Made by a program: the position numbers and the translations under genes
Notes under the pieces: model-generated
The model's input: only the letters and a program-made list of their open reading frames with translations
Told to the model about the DNA's origin: nothing
Databases searched by the model: none
From: Mobula hypostoma
Taxonomy: Eukaryota
NCBI RefSeq assembly: GCF_963921235.1
Contig: NC_086097.1
Span: 205,160,001-205,224,000 of the forward strand
Length of the DNA: 64,000 bases
Direction of reading: 5' to 3'
In this document: positions 62,458 through 64,000 of the stretch, piece by piece
Layout of the letters: every line of letters starts with the position of its first letter
How positions within the stretch are numbered: the first letter of the stretch is position 1

Positions 62458-64000
62458 CATCAGACCATAAGACATAGGAGCAGAATTAGGCCATTCAGCC
62501 CATCAAGTATGCTTCGCCATTCCATCATGGCTGATACCAGATCGCACTAAACCCCATACACCTCCCTTCTTGCCATAACTTGTGATGCCCTAACCAATCA
62601 GAAAATTATCAAATTTCACATTAAATGCAGCCATAGACATGGCATCCAATGCTGTCTGTGGCAGAGCATTCCATAGATTCACTACTCTCTGGTTAAAAAA
62701 AATTCCTCCGTACCTCCATTCTAAAAGCTTGCCTCCCAATTTAGCGGCTGTGCCATCTAGTTCTGGATGCCCCCACCAGAGGAAACATCCTCTACACATC
62801 CAACTTACTTAGTCTTTTCAACATCCAGTAGGCTTCAATGAGACCCCCACGCATTTTTCTAAATTCCAGTGAGTACAGGTCCAAAGCTGAGAAACGCTTC
62901 ATTCCTGGAATCATCCTCGTAAACAACCTCTGGACTCTCCCCAATGACAACACATCCTTTCTGAGATATGGGACCCAAAACTGTTGACAATGCTCCAAGT
63001 CCAGCCTGACTAGTGTCTTATAAATCATCAGCATTATCTCTTTGTTTTTATATTCTATTCCCCATGAAGTGAATGCCAACATTGCAGTTACCTCCTTTAT
63101 CACAGACTCAACCTGTAAATTATCCTTCTGGGAGTTTTGCATGAGGATGCCCAAGTCTCTTTGCATGTCTGATGTTTGAATCTTCTCCCCATTTTGATAA
63201 TAGTCTGCACATTTGTTCCTTTTACCAAAATACATTATCACACATTTTCCAACACTGTATTTCATGTCACTTTTTTGCCCATTCTTCCAATTCGCCCAAG
63301 TCCTTCTGCAGTCACATTGCTTCCTCAGCATTACCTACCCCTCCACCTATTTTTGTATCATCTGCAAACTTTGCCTCAAAGCTATCAATTCCATATTCCA
63401 AATCATTGACAAACAATGTGAAGAGTAGCGGTCCCAACACTGACCCTAGAGGAACATCCCTCATCACTGGTAGTCAGTGGCAGTCAACCTGAAAAGGTTC
63501 CCTTTATTCCCACTCACTTTCTTCTGCCTGTCAGCCATTCCTCTATCCATGCCAGTATCTTTCCTGTAATGTCATAGGATTTTATCTTATTAAGCAGCCT
63601 CATGTGTGGCACCTTATCAAATGCCTTCTGGAAATCCAAGTAACTGGCATCCACTGCCTCTCCTTTCCCCACCCTGCTTGTTACGTCCTTGAAGAACTCT
63701 AACAGATCTGTCAGGCAAGATCTCCCTTGCAGAAACCATGCTGACTTTGACTTATTTTATCATTAGTCTGCAAGTACCCAAGAACCTCATCCTTAACAAT
63801 AGACTCCAACACGCTCCCAACCTATGAAGTTAGGCTAACTGGCCTATAATTTCCTTTCTTTTGCCTTCCTCCATTCTTAATAAATTGAATGATATTTTCA
63901 ATTTTCCAGTCCTCCGGGACCATGCCAGAATCAAGTGATTCTTGAAAGGTCATAACCAATCCATCTGCTATCTCTTCAGCAACCTCTTTTAGAACTCTGG
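62458..64000 (-). mobile_element. Degenerate CR1 running off the window edge
   Basis: Tail CAGACCATAAGACATAGG. ORF 62792-63331 and RT motifs GSVLGPLLF and FADDTK. Confidence 0.9.

Overview
This is vertebrate genomic DNA, most likely from a cartilaginous fish such as a ray; that is inferred from the repeat mix of CR1 LINEs, V-SINEs, Penelope-like and Gypsy elements, not proven. The only host gene recognisable is the 3' end of gamma-1-syntrophin (SNTG1) on the + strand: four phase-0 GT-AG exons (10732-10884, 17297-17389, 29061-29171, 31702-31833 with the stop codon). Most of the remainder is nested retroelements. These include Gypsy LTR elements with readable LTR pairs and TSDs (19-6878, TSD CCAC; 54447-59039, TSD GGCAC), several CR1 families, an L1-clade LINE split by a CR1, V-SINEs and Penelope-like elements (PLEs) of several ages. 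The most notable signals are (1) two PLE insertions built as long inverted repeats with the same terminal asymmetry, one flanked by a 14-bp TSD; (2) minimal type-I hammerhead ribozymes in the PLE termini, one intact in sense orientation inside an SNTG1 intron; (3) a tandem dimer made only of the PLE 3' terminus; and (4) an inverted pair of closely similar CR1 copies bracketing two in-frame SNTG1 exons, a candidate 246-nt circRNA. No wholly new system is demonstrable from sequence alone. Repeat boundaries without TSDs are approximate and identities were judged by eye.
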